Positions 34,254 to 44,955 of a DNA stretch of 64,000 bases are shown here, piece after piece. The stretch's first letter is position 1, and each line of letters begins with the position of its first letter. Below the pieces are notes generated by a model that saw only the letters and a list, made by a program, of their open reading frames with translations, was not told where the DNA came from and made no database searches. The position numbers were made by a program, and so were the translations under genes. Where the stretch lies: IMG/VR virus record IMGVR_UViG_3300025450_000013. One strand, 5' to 3'. Source of the DNA: a virus.

Positions 34254-35843
34254 TTACTGTGCAAAATACTCAGATGCTATGATCTTTTTCTTTTCTTCCA
34301 ACTTTTCTTGTGCCTTCTCTTGTAGAGCGGTCATAAGATTTTCTTTCATAGCGTTAAGGTCATTCTCTAGAATGTTCTCAATCGCCTCATTAATAAGGTT
34401 TTGATTTTCCATTTTAGTTTCCTCGTGTATTGTTCGTTGAGTTCCTCCAGGGCTTGTGTATGATGCTCCCTGTAATCTTAAATCTGGTTTATCACCTGCT
34501 TCTGATACATCACCTTTACCCATAAATCCTACAGTATCATCAAAATCTTTATCTTTGCTATTTTCTTTTGTTAGTTGTTTAATGGCGGTTGTAATGCCTT
34601 TTTGGCGTTTACCCCAAGTTTTGATGTCTGCTTTAGAACCTTGTAAAGCCTTTCTACGTGAAGAAGAGGCCTTCTTTACGTAAGAACCGAGTGTTTCTGC
34701 CTTTAGTTCATCAATCTGTTCTTCAGCAACCTGCTTTGCTTTTTTTGTTGCTGTAGCATACAATACTTCTTTGGCACGTTCGCCATAACGCTTTTTCATT
34801 CCAGGAAGACCTTTCTTCATGGACATTACAATCTCTTCTTTCTTTTTGGTCTCAGCAGGAGTTAAATGCTTTTCATAAATACCGCGTTCTGCGGCATCTG
34901 AGTATTGCGCTGGTCTATCACCTCGTTGTTCTTCGCAGTTCCACTTACGCAATGCTAAGGCCTTACGAGTTGGTCTACCTTTTTCATCTTTCATAGGGCC
35001 TTTCATTCCACCCATGCGGGCACAGAATGACTTACGACGCTTTGCTGGTTTGCTATCAGGATCCAACTTTGATGGTTTAGTTGTAACAGCCATTGATAGT
35101 TTAGAACCAGGATGCTCTCTACGATATGAAGCAATACCTTTACGGTTCAAACCACCTTCTGGATCTTTACCAGCACTACGTTGCCATGCTGCGGATTCTT
35201 CGATGTCGTTATCTTCTTCCATGGTAGCCTTCTTTTTCTTTAATACGTCTTTTGCTAAATCGTAACCTTTTTTACCGTAATGTGCGGCACTTGCTGCCCA
35301 TCCTGCTGCACCTGGTAATGCTGTTGCAGCACGAACCATATCACTTTGAGGATGTGGATGATGCTGACTTATAGCATCTGCCATGGTATACATATTAGCA
35401 GCAGTCATTCCTGCCATAGCAACTTTTTTAGCCTTATCTTTTAACGGACCTTCTTCTAGTTGGTCGTTTGTTCTACCTTTTGGTGGTGGATCAGAGATAC
35501 CTTCGTATCCTACATTACCACCCAATTCATTTAATTTACCCAATTGGAGACCTAGTTCATCCAACTTTGATTTAACTCTTATTCTAGCTGTTGTTGTTTC
35601 TTGTATAACGGTGTTAGATTTCAAGTGATGATTTCTTCCTGTTCTTATTTCGGTTGGATTAAAGTGATTGAAACCTAATGCCTTATTATGATGATCCAAA
35701 TGTGCTTTTTGGATTGTCATCAACTTATCTTCTTGATCAAGTTGATAGGCATTAACATTATTGTTAATGTATTGGTGTTCTTCTCCTTTAGCGGTGCCAT
35801 CTATTACAGATGCAACACCTGTATGACTATGTTCTTTAATCAA
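34254..35843 (-). CDS. Modular internal head protein (DUF6321-like module, C-terminal gp67-like module)
   Basis: SAAWQRSAGKDPEGGLNRKG...RRKSFCARM module; many LxE/IxE sites; C-terminal MENQNLINEAIENILENDL...IASEYF. Confidence 0.65.
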   Translation of the reverse strand: MIKEHSHTGVASVIDGTAKGEEHQYINNNVNAYQLDQEDKLMTIQKAHLDHHNKALGFNHFNPTEIRTGRNHHLKSNTVIQETTTARIRVKSKLDELGLQLGKLNELGGNVGYEGISDPPPKGRTNDQLEEGPLKDKAKKVAMAGMTAANMYTMADAISQHHPHPQSDMVRAATALPGAAGWAASAAHYGKKGYDLAKDVLKKKKATMEEDNDIEESAAWQRSAGKDPEGGLNRKGIASYRREHPGSKLSMAVTTKPSKLDPDSKPAKRRKSFCARMGGMKGPMKDEKGRPTRKALALRKWNCEEQRGDRPAQYSDAAERGIYEKHLTPAETKKKEEIVMSMKKGLPGMKKRYGERAKEVLYATATKKAKQVAEEQIDELKAETLGSYVKKASSSRRKALQGSKADIKTWGKRQKGITTAIKQLTKENSKDKDFDDTVGFMGKGDVSEAGDKPDLRLQGASYTSPGGTQRTIHEETKMENQNLINEAIENILENDLNAMKENLMTALQEKAQEKLEEKKKIIASEYFAQ

Positions 35844-37746
35844 CTAAACTATCCTTATTTAGTTCCGTTAATATACCATTTTCATTGATAAATCTAACAG
35901 TACCTTGCGGATCACTATATTGACCATTACCAACATAAATCAGGCCCATATCTTTTGCTTCTTTAGCAACGGACTTTTTCTTAGGTGCTGGTTTTTTAGT
36001 AGGTACCGCAGATTTAGATTTAGATTTTGCTTTAATTTTTTCAATCTGAATTTTTTTATCCATCATTTTTGATTCATGGTCTCTACCAGCCTTTTCTGCT
36101 GGTGAAACCTTATCATCTTCTTTTTCATCTTCTGAACTAACCGTTTTATCAACTTGTGCTTGAATGGCAGCCTGCTGAATTTGTTGTTGACCTTGGAAAT
36201 CCAATTGATTTTGTTGGTCTTGTTGTTGCTGAGCCTGTTGATCGGCCATTTGTTGTTGCTGTTGCTGTGCAAGAATGGTATTTTCTGTTTCCATTTCAGC
36301 ATTAATTTCTTCAATCTCTTCATCGTTCTGCATAAGTATATTCTTACGAACCCACAAAGCAGAAACATATTTACCCACAAACGGGTCAACAGCAGCCAAT
36401 AAAGTAAAACGATTGGTTAATAATTCCGCATCTTTTAGTTCATCAAAGTTATTATCTTTTTTGAAGTCATAGAATATATCTTCCTTGAACTCTTTCCATT
36501 CTTCTTCGGTACAGACCTTTTTGAGAACCAACTGAACTCTTAGTAAGTCATCAAATAGTGTGGAGAATTTATTACGAAGACGCTGGATGAACTTTGTGAA
36601 CTTTAACTCATCTCTGGTAATTTCTGTTGATCTACCTAGTGAAAACCCTTGTTGTGGTTCTAGACGACCAATAGGAACATTAAGTGAACGGTATAATTTG
36701 GATTGGAAATACTTAACATCTTCCAATTCACCAAGATTACGAGCACCTTCTAGTGTGGAGATTTCTGTACCTTTAGAACCTTCACGACGAGGTAACCAAA
36801 AGTCCTCAATCATAGATAGATGTTTGCGGTCATCTTTTATTTCACCTGTATTAGAATCATAAACCAATTTGTTACGATACTTAACCATAATATCACGAAC
36901 GTATTGGTCAGCCTTGACTGTTGGCATATTACCTACGTCAATATAGAATACACGACGCTCTGGAGCCCGGGAAAGACGGTATATAACAGTAGCATCTTCA
37001 ACCATGCGTAAGTTGTTAAATGGTTTAATAGCCTTGTGAAGATAAGAAAGTACCATTGTCTGTTTTGGATCCATTAGACCCGAATTGACGTTTATGATGG
37101 AATCTGGTGCAATCTTAGAACCTAATTGTGTACCTGATCCAATCATTCCTTTTTCATTGTATAGGTAATATTCAATTGCTTTTTTGATTAGCTCTACACC
37201 TGTTTGTGGATCACGCATCTTTTGAATTTCACGGATCTTACGAATACGGCGTGGATCAATATACTTTACTTCTTGTATACCATACATTGGTTGCGTTTCA
37301 TCAATAACAGCATGATAATACAAACGACCATCAACATAATAACGACGAAAGATATCGTGACCCATGTTGTTAAAGTTAAGAAGTTTTAGTATAAAGTTAA
37401 ATTCATCTTCAATACGTTTCTTAATACCAGCAGGAACTTTGAGTTCATCGAGGTTAATTTCAACACATTGACCAGATTCTTCAATGACGATTGCTTCATT
37501 TACAATCTCATCGATAGCTGATTCCATTTCTGGTTGAATAGCAAGTTCTCGGTATTTTGTAATTAATTGTGTTTCGTTACGGAATGTACCATCAAGGTCT
37601 ACATATGTACCATAATAACCGGCACCAGCAACCGTAATCGCCCCATCATCAGATTGTGGGAGAGTAAACGATTTTTTGGTTGGTTGCTCTAGTTGAGCAT
37701 CCTCTAATTTTTTGGGAGTTCCTATTTCAAAGCCAAATAATTTCAC
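35836..37746 (-). CDS. gp20: Portal protein with C-terminal extension
   Basis: MKLFGF, YIDPRRIRKIRE, SYLHKAIK, IYRLSRAPERRVFYIDVGN, EDFWLPRREG, EITRDELKF. Confidence 0.98.
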   Translation of the reverse strand: MKLFGFEIGTPKKLEDAQLEQPTKKSFTLPQSDDGAITVAGAGYYGTYVDLDGTFRNETQLITKYRELAIQPEMESAIDEIVNEAIVIEESGQCVEINLDELKVPAGIKKRIEDEFNFILKLLNFNNMGHDIFRRYYVDGRLYYHAVIDETQPMYGIQEVKYIDPRRIRKIREIQKMRDPQTGVELIKKAIEYYLYNEKGMIGSGTQLGSKIAPDSIINVNSGLMDPKQTMVLSYLHKAIKPFNNLRMVEDATVIYRLSRAPERRVFYIDVGNMPTVKADQYVRDIMVKYRNKLVYDSNTGEIKDDRKHLSMIEDFWLPRREGSKGTEISTLEGARNLGELEDVKYFQSKLYRSLNVPIGRLEPQQGFSLGRSTEITRDELKFTKFIQRLRNKFSTLFDDLLRVQLVLKKVCTEEEWKEFKEDIFYDFKKDNNFDELKDAELLTNRFTLLAAVDPFVGKYVSALWVRKNILMQNDEEIEEINAEMETENTILAQQQQQQMADQQAQQQQDQQNQLDFQGQQQIQQAAIQAQVDKTVSSEDEKEDDKVSPAEKAGRDHESKMMDKKIQIEKIKAKSKSKSAVPTKKPAPKKKSVAKEAKDMGLIYVGNGQYSDPQGTVRFINENGILTELNKDSLVD

Positions 37747-37770
37747 TATGTAGTCCTTTACTTGATTGAA

Positions 37771-37797
37771 GACCCGTGGAGGGTTGCTCCACGGGTT
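37771..37797 (-). terminator. Hairpin between gp19 and gp20 (weak terminator or attenuator)
   Basis: ACCCGTGGAG-5 nt-CTCCACGGGT with no clear U-tract; lies downstream of a late promoter at 37804-37810. Confidence 0.45.
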
Positions 37798-37818
37798 TAG
37801 TTATATTTATGTTACAAA

Positions 37819-38385
37819 TTATGCGCCAGAAATATCTGTTGTTCCAATTGGATACGCAGATTCCCACCACTGGTAGGCAAATGTAACACTAAACTCTTCA
37901 ATCTGATCACCTGATGCCCAATCAAGGTCAATAGCAGCAACGTCGGTTGGAAAACAACCAATCATTTTATATTCCTTAATAACTTCACCTGTTTTAGCAT
38001 ATTGTCTAATTGTAGCATCGGCCTGATAAGTTGCCATTGTAGCTACAGCAGGGTTACGAAGATTATTGACATGTGAGTTAAGGGCACTCATCCAAAGTTC
38101 AAGGTTATTGCGGATGAGGAAGTTCTCATCGTTAATAACTGTGAATGACCAATCTGGGAATGTTCTTGTACCGGCAACTTTGATCTCACGACCAAAGTAT
38201 GGAACGGTAATAGAAGAGATGGAATCTCCAGGCAAGGATGAAGCCCTTGCCTTGAAATTAATTGCAGCAGAGGTAAGGGGTGTAATACCTGGTGCTGGAG
38301 GCATGTTCAAAGAAATATCAAAAAGTGATGCGCGGGCACCATCAAATTCGAGGGTTGCTCTGAACTGTTGAACGTTAAAAGCCAT
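37819..38385 (-). CDS. gp19: Tail tube protein
   Basis: GARASLF, SSLPG, YFGREIKVAG.RTF.DW..TVINDE.F, IEEF.VTF.YQWW. Confidence 0.97.
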   Translation of the reverse strand: MAFNVQQFRATLEFDGARASLFDISLNMPPAPGITPLTSAAINFKARASSLPGDSISSITVPYFGREIKVAGTRTFPDWSFTVINDENFLIRNNLELWMSALNSHVNNLRNPAVATMATYQADATIRQYAKTGEVIKEYKMIGCFPTDVAAIDLDWASGDQIEEFSVTFAYQWWESAYPIGTTDISGA

Positions 38386-38407
38386 TTGTTTTTACTCCTT
38401 TTCCTAA

Positions 38408-40162
38408 TTAGGCGCCTGTTTTGCCAACAACTTCGGAGAAGGCAACTCCTGTACCAACTGCGATAAAGTTCAACTGAATGAAGTTGATTGCGCGGGCTGG
38501 CTTGATATAGATGTCACCAACGAAACGGTTGCTATCGATGACTTCTGGTGTATTGTTAGTGGTATCACAAACAATTTGGTAATCAAAGATACCTCTTTTG
38601 CCTTTGATGTCTCTAAGGAAAGGATCTACAAGAGCAACGAATTGGGCACGTGTGAACTCATCGTTGAACTCAAATAGTGAATACTTAGCTGCTTTAGAGA
38701 TTGACTGTTCAAGTGTAATAAACAATCTGCGAACGTTGATACGATCAAATGCAGATGGTTTTGCTGTCATAGTTTTATCACCATAAAGAACTGTACCAAC
38801 ACCATTCATTTGAACGACTGGGTTGATTGAGTTTTTATAAAGATTGTCACGATCTGCTTGATTTGGGCTCCAAGAAAGTTGTGTAACATTCTTGATTAGG
38901 CCACGATTTAGACCAGCAGGTGACCACCATGCAGCATTTGTATAATCTGTCTGAGCGCAAAGACCAGCAATATCACCGTTTAGTGGAATCCAGCGGTAAA
39001 CATTGTTGTATTTGTCAAACTGTTTCTTCCAGCCGGAATCAAATACGGTATATGAAGATGATCCAAACATGTTTCTTGTTGCAATTGCTGATGTTGTTTC
39101 ATTACCCATGTTATTAACAACGTCATTAAACTGTGGTGAAACAAATAGAACATGGTCTTTACGAGATTCAGTAACGTTGCTTAGAACATATTCTGTTACA
39201 GTTGGGCTTGAATTGCCCATCATCATTAAGGAAACGTCAGCAACGTCTGAATTTCCAAAAAATGAATAAGCAGTTGACAAAGCACCATCCGTAATAGGAG
39301 CAGTATTACCACCTGTTAGGATTGCTGTATAGTTTGTATTTCCTTGAGCAAAGTTAGTGTTTGCTGCTGTCATACCCCAGGTTGTTGTATCAGAGAACCA
39401 GGTATTTGAGTTTTGATACTGAGCACCGTGTAGGATGTAAATGTATTTTGATTGTGAATTGATTACATTTACATAGTAGTTTGATGTACCATCATCGTTG
39501 GTAGCATCAACTGCCTTAGAAACATAAGAATATTTTTCCAAAACGGTATTTGGAGTTGAAGTAAATGTGCCCAAAGTATCAATAACAATAATGTGCATCT
39601 CATCATTCATACCACCTCTTGAAGAGACATAATGAGATGTTGATGGAAGACCGTTAAAGAAGGCTGAAAGATTCAAACCTGAGTTTAGTTGGCCTGTAGA
39701 TGTCCACTGTGAGAAAGCATTTGCGTTAGATGTGTTTGCCCAAATGGATACAAGAAGACCGTTACCTAAGTCACTTGGATAACGAGCAGCATACATGCCT
39801 GTGTTAGCAGGTGCTTGACCGTCCATATATTCAATATCATATACGTTTTTATTTTCAATAACAATTGTCTGATTACCAGATGTTGCATTACGTGTGCCTG
39901 TTAGGTCGGCCGCACGAACAACCATTAGATTTTGTGTGTAAGATAGAAAGTTTGCCGCTGTGAAAAACGCTACGTAAGATCCATCATCTGGCATACCAAA
40001 GGTATTTACCAAATCGATTTCATTGCTAATTGTTGTAATTTCATTTACTGGACCCCAATTAAAGTTTCCGGCGAAACCTCCCACTGTAGTAGATAGTGAT
40101 GGCACAATGGTCGTTAAATCAATTTCCGACCAAGCTACACCAGGTGAAAGTAGAGTTGCCAT
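38408..40162 (-). CDS. gp18: Tail sheath protein
   Basis: SPGV...EIDLT, F.WGP, WWSPAGLNRG, LYGDKT, SAFDRINVRRLF, FEFNDEFTR, IYIKPARAINFIQLNF. Confidence 0.98.
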   Translation of the reverse strand: MATLLSPGVAWSEIDLTTIVPSLSTTVGGFAGNFNWGPVNEITTISNEIDLVNTFGMPDDGSYVAFFTAANFLSYTQNLMVVRAADLTGTRNATSGNQTIVIENKNVYDIEYMDGQAPANTGMYAARYPSDLGNGLLVSIWANTSNANAFSQWTSTGQLNSGLNLSAFFNGLPSTSHYVSSRGGMNDEMHIIVIDTLGTFTSTPNTVLEKYSYVSKAVDATNDDGTSNYYVNVINSQSKYIYILHGAQYQNSNTWFSDTTTWGMTAANTNFAQGNTNYTAILTGGNTAPITDGALSTAYSFFGNSDVADVSLMMMGNSSPTVTEYVLSNVTESRKDHVLFVSPQFNDVVNNMGNETTSAIATRNMFGSSSYTVFDSGWKKQFDKYNNVYRWIPLNGDIAGLCAQTDYTNAAWWSPAGLNRGLIKNVTQLSWSPNQADRDNLYKNSINPVVQMNGVGTVLYGDKTMTAKPSAFDRINVRRLFITLEQSISKAAKYSLFEFNDEFTRAQFVALVDPFLRDIKGKRGIFDYQIVCDTTNNTPEVIDSNRFVGDIYIKPARAINFIQLNFIAVGTGVAFSEVVGKTGA

Positions 40163-40235
40163 TTTTTACTCCTTTTTATAGGTTGAATGGTTTGATATCC
40201 ATTTCTACTTATTTATCGTTTTGTTGTTTTTGAGA

Positions 40236-41909
40236 TTATAACCTAGGATCCCAGTTATCATGTGTGTAAAGGCCTTCTTTTTCAGTAGTTAACCATCTAT
40301 CTCCACTGGGGTCCTTTTGATCAGGAAAAGGATCATCTATACCATTATCAATAAAACCAAAAGGAACATTCTCCACATCTTGGAGGTATTCTAGTTCTTT
40401 TTGTAGAACATGACGTATATCATTTGAAACGGTTTCTTTAAATAGTTTCTGTGCAGTTAACCATCCAAAGTGAACCAAAGTCATAGCAAGGTCGTCATTT
40501 GACCCTTCCTCTGCCATGAAGGTTTTCTTATTAGCAGAAAATGAAAATAACTCGGTAATACTATCTTCATCATTAAGAATGAGTTTATCATTCTCTACTA
40601 ATGTCTTTAAGTTAGCACAACCAATCATTTTGGATTGTGCCGTTATCCTGAGACCAAAGGCCAGTTTATTTTTACCAGCAGCAAAACCACTGGATGCCTG
40701 TGTTCCCTGTTTACCTTTTGCTTGAAACTTTAAAAGATTTTCGTAGTTCAATTCAAAGTGTAAAATGTCGGCCACTTGTAAACCTATTGAATTTATTTCA
40801 ATAAGAACAAATGCTTCGTTATAAGTTGTAGCGGCTGAATAGATAACCGCTGGTAGAAGCATCGGGCTAATCTCGTTATTACGGTATTTAGCAACCTGTC
40901 TATATGGTATTTCTGTAACATCAAATATAGAAAATGCTGAATAATCTAGACCTTGACCTTCAGACACATCTGCGGTTAGAACATATGTGTGCTTTGGAAT
41001 AGGTTCTTCAAATATATCCATACATTCCATTCTACGAATAGGTTCTTTCCAGTGTAATGCTGCTAGCTTAGCACCGTTGATAAGAGTATTAGATGAACCT
41101 AAAAACTCACAACCAAACTCTTGATCAAACTGACGTTGACTTGTGTTTCTTATAGTTTCTTCGGCCCAGGCCTGGTCACGCCCGGGTACCATAGACCAGT
41201 GTATCTCAATAGGAATGTAGGTGCTAGTTTTATCAACTGCCTTTGTCCACATTTTATAGAACAAGTTCATTCCATTTGGTGTTGATACTATAACAACTTT
41301 AGAAGTTTTACCAGAAGAGATGGTAGGATAGGTTGAGTTAAAGAACTCTTCAGCGATGTTATTAGGTACGAACGCAAACTCGTCCAAAAAGATTAAGTTG
41401 AACGAGAAACCACGGACAGAACTACCAGAGGTGGAATCTGCTAGGACTCTTGACCCATTGGCCAGATATATAGAACCTTTGTTCCATTCTTTGATACCTT
41501 GCTTGAGAAACATAGGAAGATACTCAAACGCTAGTTTCAGTTTACCTAGCAACTCACGGGCCGTAGGTGCACGGTTAGCAAGGATAGCAACCACAAAATT
41601 TTCGTTGAATAATACTTGATGTAGGATGTAGGCTACACTGGTAGTTGATTTACCAACCTGTCGTGGTAGTTTGCAGATAGAGAAACGATTAGCATGAAAT
41701 GTTTCTAGCATACGCTCCTGGAAGTCCCACATGTCAAATGGAATCAAACCACGGTCAACGTTGATGATACGAATATATTTACGAGCGAAGTAAACTGGAT
41801 CTTCCGCACACTTTAGGTATTCATCAAATTCTGTTTGTGTAAATGAATGACGATATTGTTCGTTGGGAAGATTAGGATTATTTTGATAACTATACGGTGT
41901 CCTTGCCAT
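40236..41909 (-). CDS. gp17: Terminase large subunit
   Basis: KLPRQVGKST, IFLDEFAF, VSTPNG, QEF.CEFLGS, ADVSEG.G.DYS, NDDLAM. Confidence 0.98.
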   Translation of the reverse strand: MARTPYSYQNNPNLPNEQYRHSFTQTEFDEYLKCAEDPVYFARKYIRIINVDRGLIPFDMWDFQERMLETFHANRFSICKLPRQVGKSTTSVAYILHQVLFNENFVVAILANRAPTARELLGKLKLAFEYLPMFLKQGIKEWNKGSIYLANGSRVLADSTSGSSVRGFSFNLIFLDEFAFVPNNIAEEFFNSTYPTISSGKTSKVVIVSTPNGMNLFYKMWTKAVDKTSTYIPIEIHWSMVPGRDQAWAEETIRNTSQRQFDQEFGCEFLGSSNTLINGAKLAALHWKEPIRRMECMDIFEEPIPKHTYVLTADVSEGQGLDYSAFSIFDVTEIPYRQVAKYRNNEISPMLLPAVIYSAATTYNEAFVLIEINSIGLQVADILHFELNYENLLKFQAKGKQGTQASSGFAAGKNKLAFGLRITAQSKMIGCANLKTLVENDKLILNDEDSITELFSFSANKKTFMAEEGSNDDLAMTLVHFGWLTAQKLFKETVSNDIRHVLQKELEYLQDVENVPFGFIDNGIDDPFPDQKDPSGDRWLTTEKEGLYTHDNWDPRL

Positions 41910-42339
41910 CTTCTTCTTTCTTTTTCTTTATGGCAGACAATAACTCGGCTGCCGAACCAACAAATACAGCCTGTTCTACATTAATGGAATCAGGATTCTT
42001 CTTACGTGGATCGGAGTCCGGATCAGGACCTTTAAGGTCTTTGGTCATTTTCTGGAGTTGATATAGGTCTTTTGTGGTTTCACCAACGGTCTTGATTAGA
42101 GTAGAGACAACCTCAAAACCTCTTGCGGATTCTTGTTGTCGTGCAATCTGTGAGATTTCTTCAATAGCATCATTACCTTTTTCAATAAGGTTTCTGAGAA
42201 CTCTTCTGGCTAATAGATAATCTTCTTCGGCATCCGAATGAGTTTGTGGAGGTTCATACGGCATTATCTCCTGCTTTGGTACAGCAGGAGTTTCATGGTC
42301 AATGCCTAAAGCATCAGATAAGTTTTTTTCAAGTCCCAT
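41890..42339 (-). CDS. gp16: Terminase small subunit
   Basis: DY..AR..L.NLI.KG..AI, RGFEV...LIK, FVGS..EL; overlaps the gp17 start. Confidence 0.9.
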   Translation of the reverse strand: MGLEKNLSDALGIDHETPAVPKQEIMPYEPPQTHSDAEEDYLLARRVLRNLIEKGNDAIEEISQIARQQESARGFEVVSTLIKTVGETTKDLYQLQKMTKDLKGPDPDSDPRKKNPDSINVEQAVFVGSAAELLSAIKKKKEEDGKDTV

Positions 42340-42344
42340 AATGT

Positions 42345-43517
42345 CTACTCTTTATTTAAAATGATGTTGATCATAGTATCGCCTGTGCCTGTAGCAGATA
42401 CCTTATATATCAAATCGAAATCTTTTGTTACAATTTTATATCTACCAATCTTATCTAGTAATATTTCTAGATAGGCAATCATTAGTTCTTTTGATATAGC
42501 AAGAGCAATACAAGAATGGACTCCATGACCCCATGCCAAATGGCCTGAGGTATCTCTATGTATATCAAACTTGTCAGGATCAGTAAACTTATTAGGATCT
42601 CTATTAGCAGAATCCAAACAAACGGCCACTCTATCTCCAGGTTTTAGATCAACACCATGTATAGTGATTTTTTCAGTTGTGGTTCTGGTAAATCTTCCTG
42701 TAGGAGTATTGAATCTTAGAGATTCGTTTATAGCAAAAGGAATAAGAGATTTATCTTTCAATAATATGTCTAGTTTGTTTTCTCTATATAGGTCCAATGT
42801 AAGAAACTGTAATGCTGATATCAATGAACCAGCACCAGATATAGTAGGAGCACCTGTGAATAGTGATGTTTTAGATTGATCTTTTAAAATAGGATCATTA
42901 AAAGTTTTTAAAAATTCGTTATACACACCAGGACCTTTAGAAGGTGTATTTCCATATATTACATTATCCAACACTCTATATTTAATGCTTAAATTACGAC
43001 TTCTTTCTTCAAAATTTTCAATATGATCCGAATAAACCGCATGTTGACTACATTCTTGTGTTTCTGATATAATATTTTTGACATAATCTTTTTCTAAAGG
43101 AAAATTTAAAATTTCCGCAATAGCCCATGATGCTAGTTCTTTTGTAATTTCCGAAACGTTTAATTGTGTTTGACCTTCAAAAAACTCAATTGCTTTTTTG
43201 GAAAACAAATCAACAACTCTCTTTATGTTGTCTTTGGTATAAGCATTTTTTAAAAGGTTTTTGTATTCGTTATGCAAAGGATTATCGCTCGTACCTAAGG
43301 TATGACCAAATCTAGGAGGATAATCAAAAGGTAAATTGCCTTTTGCTGATGAGAAAATCTCTGGATTACTCAGTATATAATAGACATCATCATATCTGGT
43401 TATGACATAAAGGTTATACTTTTCACTCCAATATGCTGTCTGACTATTTCGGAGTTCTTTGTATATGCTATGTTTGTTTAATAGCCATTCTCCGGATTGT
43501 GGTTCAAACATCACCAT
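42345..43517 (-). CDS. Cytochrome P450
   Basis: ITRYDDV...L..P..FSS, D.P.H, K-helix ESLR (ExxR), SANRDP..F.DPDKFDI.R, heme motif HLAWGHGVHSCIA; start moved to MVMFE behind GGAG. Confidence 0.92.
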   Translation of the reverse strand: MVMFEPQSGEWLLNKHSIYKELRNSQTAYWSEKYNLYVITRYDDVYYILSNPEIFSSAKGNLPFDYPPRFGHTLGTSDNPLHNEYKNLLKNAYTKDNIKRVVDLFSKKAIEFFEGQTQLNVSEITKELASWAIAEILNFPLEKDYVKNIISETQECSQHAVYSDHIENFEERSRNLSIKYRVLDNVIYGNTPSKGPGVYNEFLKTFNDPILKDQSKTSLFTGAPTISGAGSLISALQFLTLDLYRENKLDILLKDKSLIPFAINESLRFNTPTGRFTRTTTEKITIHGVDLKPGDRVAVCLDSANRDPNKFTDPDKFDIHRDTSGHLAWGHGVHSCIALAISKELMIAYLEILLDKIGRYKIVTKDFDLIYKVSATGTGDTMINIILNKE

Positions 43518-44955
43518 TTTTTCTCTCCGAATCAATAAATTCAAGTAACTTATCTCTATCTGGTTTTACAGCAACCGTTACAAAAGAATAGTTTTTCATA
43601 TACAAAACACTTTTTAGTTCAACTTCGGAATTATATATTTCTTTTATAATACTTTTAACTTCTTCTTCTTGACCAACAAGTTCTTTACTATCCGTAACAA
43701 TATAAAGTTCATTATAGATTTCATCCACTACAACCTCAAATCTATTTCTAGAACAAAACTTTTCTGCCTTTTCTATTATATCCAATGGATTTATTTCAAT
43801 ATCATTAATTTTTCTTAATTTATTTTTTCTAATGAAATATAAACCGTCTTCCTTTTCATCTACTATATCTTCGGTTATAACTCTTTTACCGTTCGGTAGA
43901 TCAACTGTAAGTAGCCCATCAATTTGTTTTGTATCATAGAAACCGGTGGTTGGTTTACCTAAAAACAAAGGATTAAAATTTTCTGTGGTCTTGTCTATGT
44001 AAGGAACAAGCAATGGTCCACCTGTCTCAGAACAACCAAATGCACTAATGATTTTCTTTAGTTTACCTTCTTTGATAACTTTTAACCACTTTGGGTTTAT
44101 AAATGATACAACTATGATAGTGGTGTCTGGTAAACCAATATCATCTTTTTCTATAGAATCAATGATAGAATCGGTAATAGATGCGTTTGGAGATAATAGT
44201 TTGGTGATATCACGATCTTTAGCAGTCAAAAAGATATAATAAGGATATCCTTTGTCTGCTTCTACTAAGTGTTGAACAGAAAGATAATGTGTCTTGCACT
44301 TACGAATAGATGGAAGATATAACACACTAAGAGAAGCACCATGGTTTATAGAAGACATATGGAATACGGCATCATTATTTTCCAGTTCCATGGGGTGCCA
44401 GTTATAACTACAAAGACCATAAATGTATTCATGGTTATGATATATTAGTTTTGGATCACCGGTGGTTCCACTACTATTACATAAAAGTATATCATCTCCT
44501 GGTCTAGCCCACACAGGGGTTTCATAAGAACATTTTAAAGAATTGGTTAAGTTCCATTCTTTTGTAATACAAATAACTTTATCTGAGTTTTTAATATAAT
44601 GTTGTATGGTTAGATCAAATGCATACATTGTATTTTTATCATCATAACAAACAAAAATATCCAAAGGCATATGTGCTTTTGCTTTTGGTTTAAATGTTTC
44701 GTTTGGTGAATGAAATCTATGTAAGACGGTAAGTTTTAATCCTAACTCAAATATGGCAAAAAGCAATGCTGTATAAAAAATATCGGTAGGTAAAAGTGTG
44801 ACGCCTATTTTATGACCTCTTTTAGCACCACATTCTATTAATTTATATTTACAATAGTCTATTATTCTGCAAAGACCATCTTTATCATATTTTTGGCCAT
44901 AACAGTAAAAAATTGCATCATCATTAATCCATTGTCTAGTAACAATTTTATACAT
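43504..44955 (-). CDS. Adenylate-forming (ANL/AMP-binding) enzyme, divergent
   Basis: P-loop NSSGTTGDPK, FGCSETGG, TED (TGD equivalent), RK....KI....INP.DI, terminal KPDR lysine. Confidence 0.8.
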   Translation of the reverse strand: MYKIVTRQWINDDAIFYCYGQKYDKDGLCRIIDYCKYKLIECGAKRGHKIGVTLLPTDIFYTALLFAIFELGLKLTVLHRFHSPNETFKPKAKAHMPLDIFVCYDDKNTMYAFDLTIQHYIKNSDKVICITKEWNLTNSLKCSYETPVWARPGDDILLCNSSGTTGDPKLIYHNHEYIYGLCSYNWHPMELENNDAVFHMSSINHGASLSVLYLPSIRKCKTHYLSVQHLVEADKGYPYYIFLTAKDRDITKLLSPNASITDSIIDSIEKDDIGLPDTTIIVVSFINPKWLKVIKEGKLKKIISAFGCSETGGPLLVPYIDKTTENFNPLFLGKPTTGFYDTKQIDGLLTVDLPNGKRVITEDIVDEKEDGLYFIRKNKLRKINDIEINPLDIIEKAEKFCSRNRFEVVVDEIYNELYIVTDSKELVGQEEEVKSIIKEIYNSEVELKSVLYMKNYSFVTVAVKPDRDKLLEFIDSERKNGDV

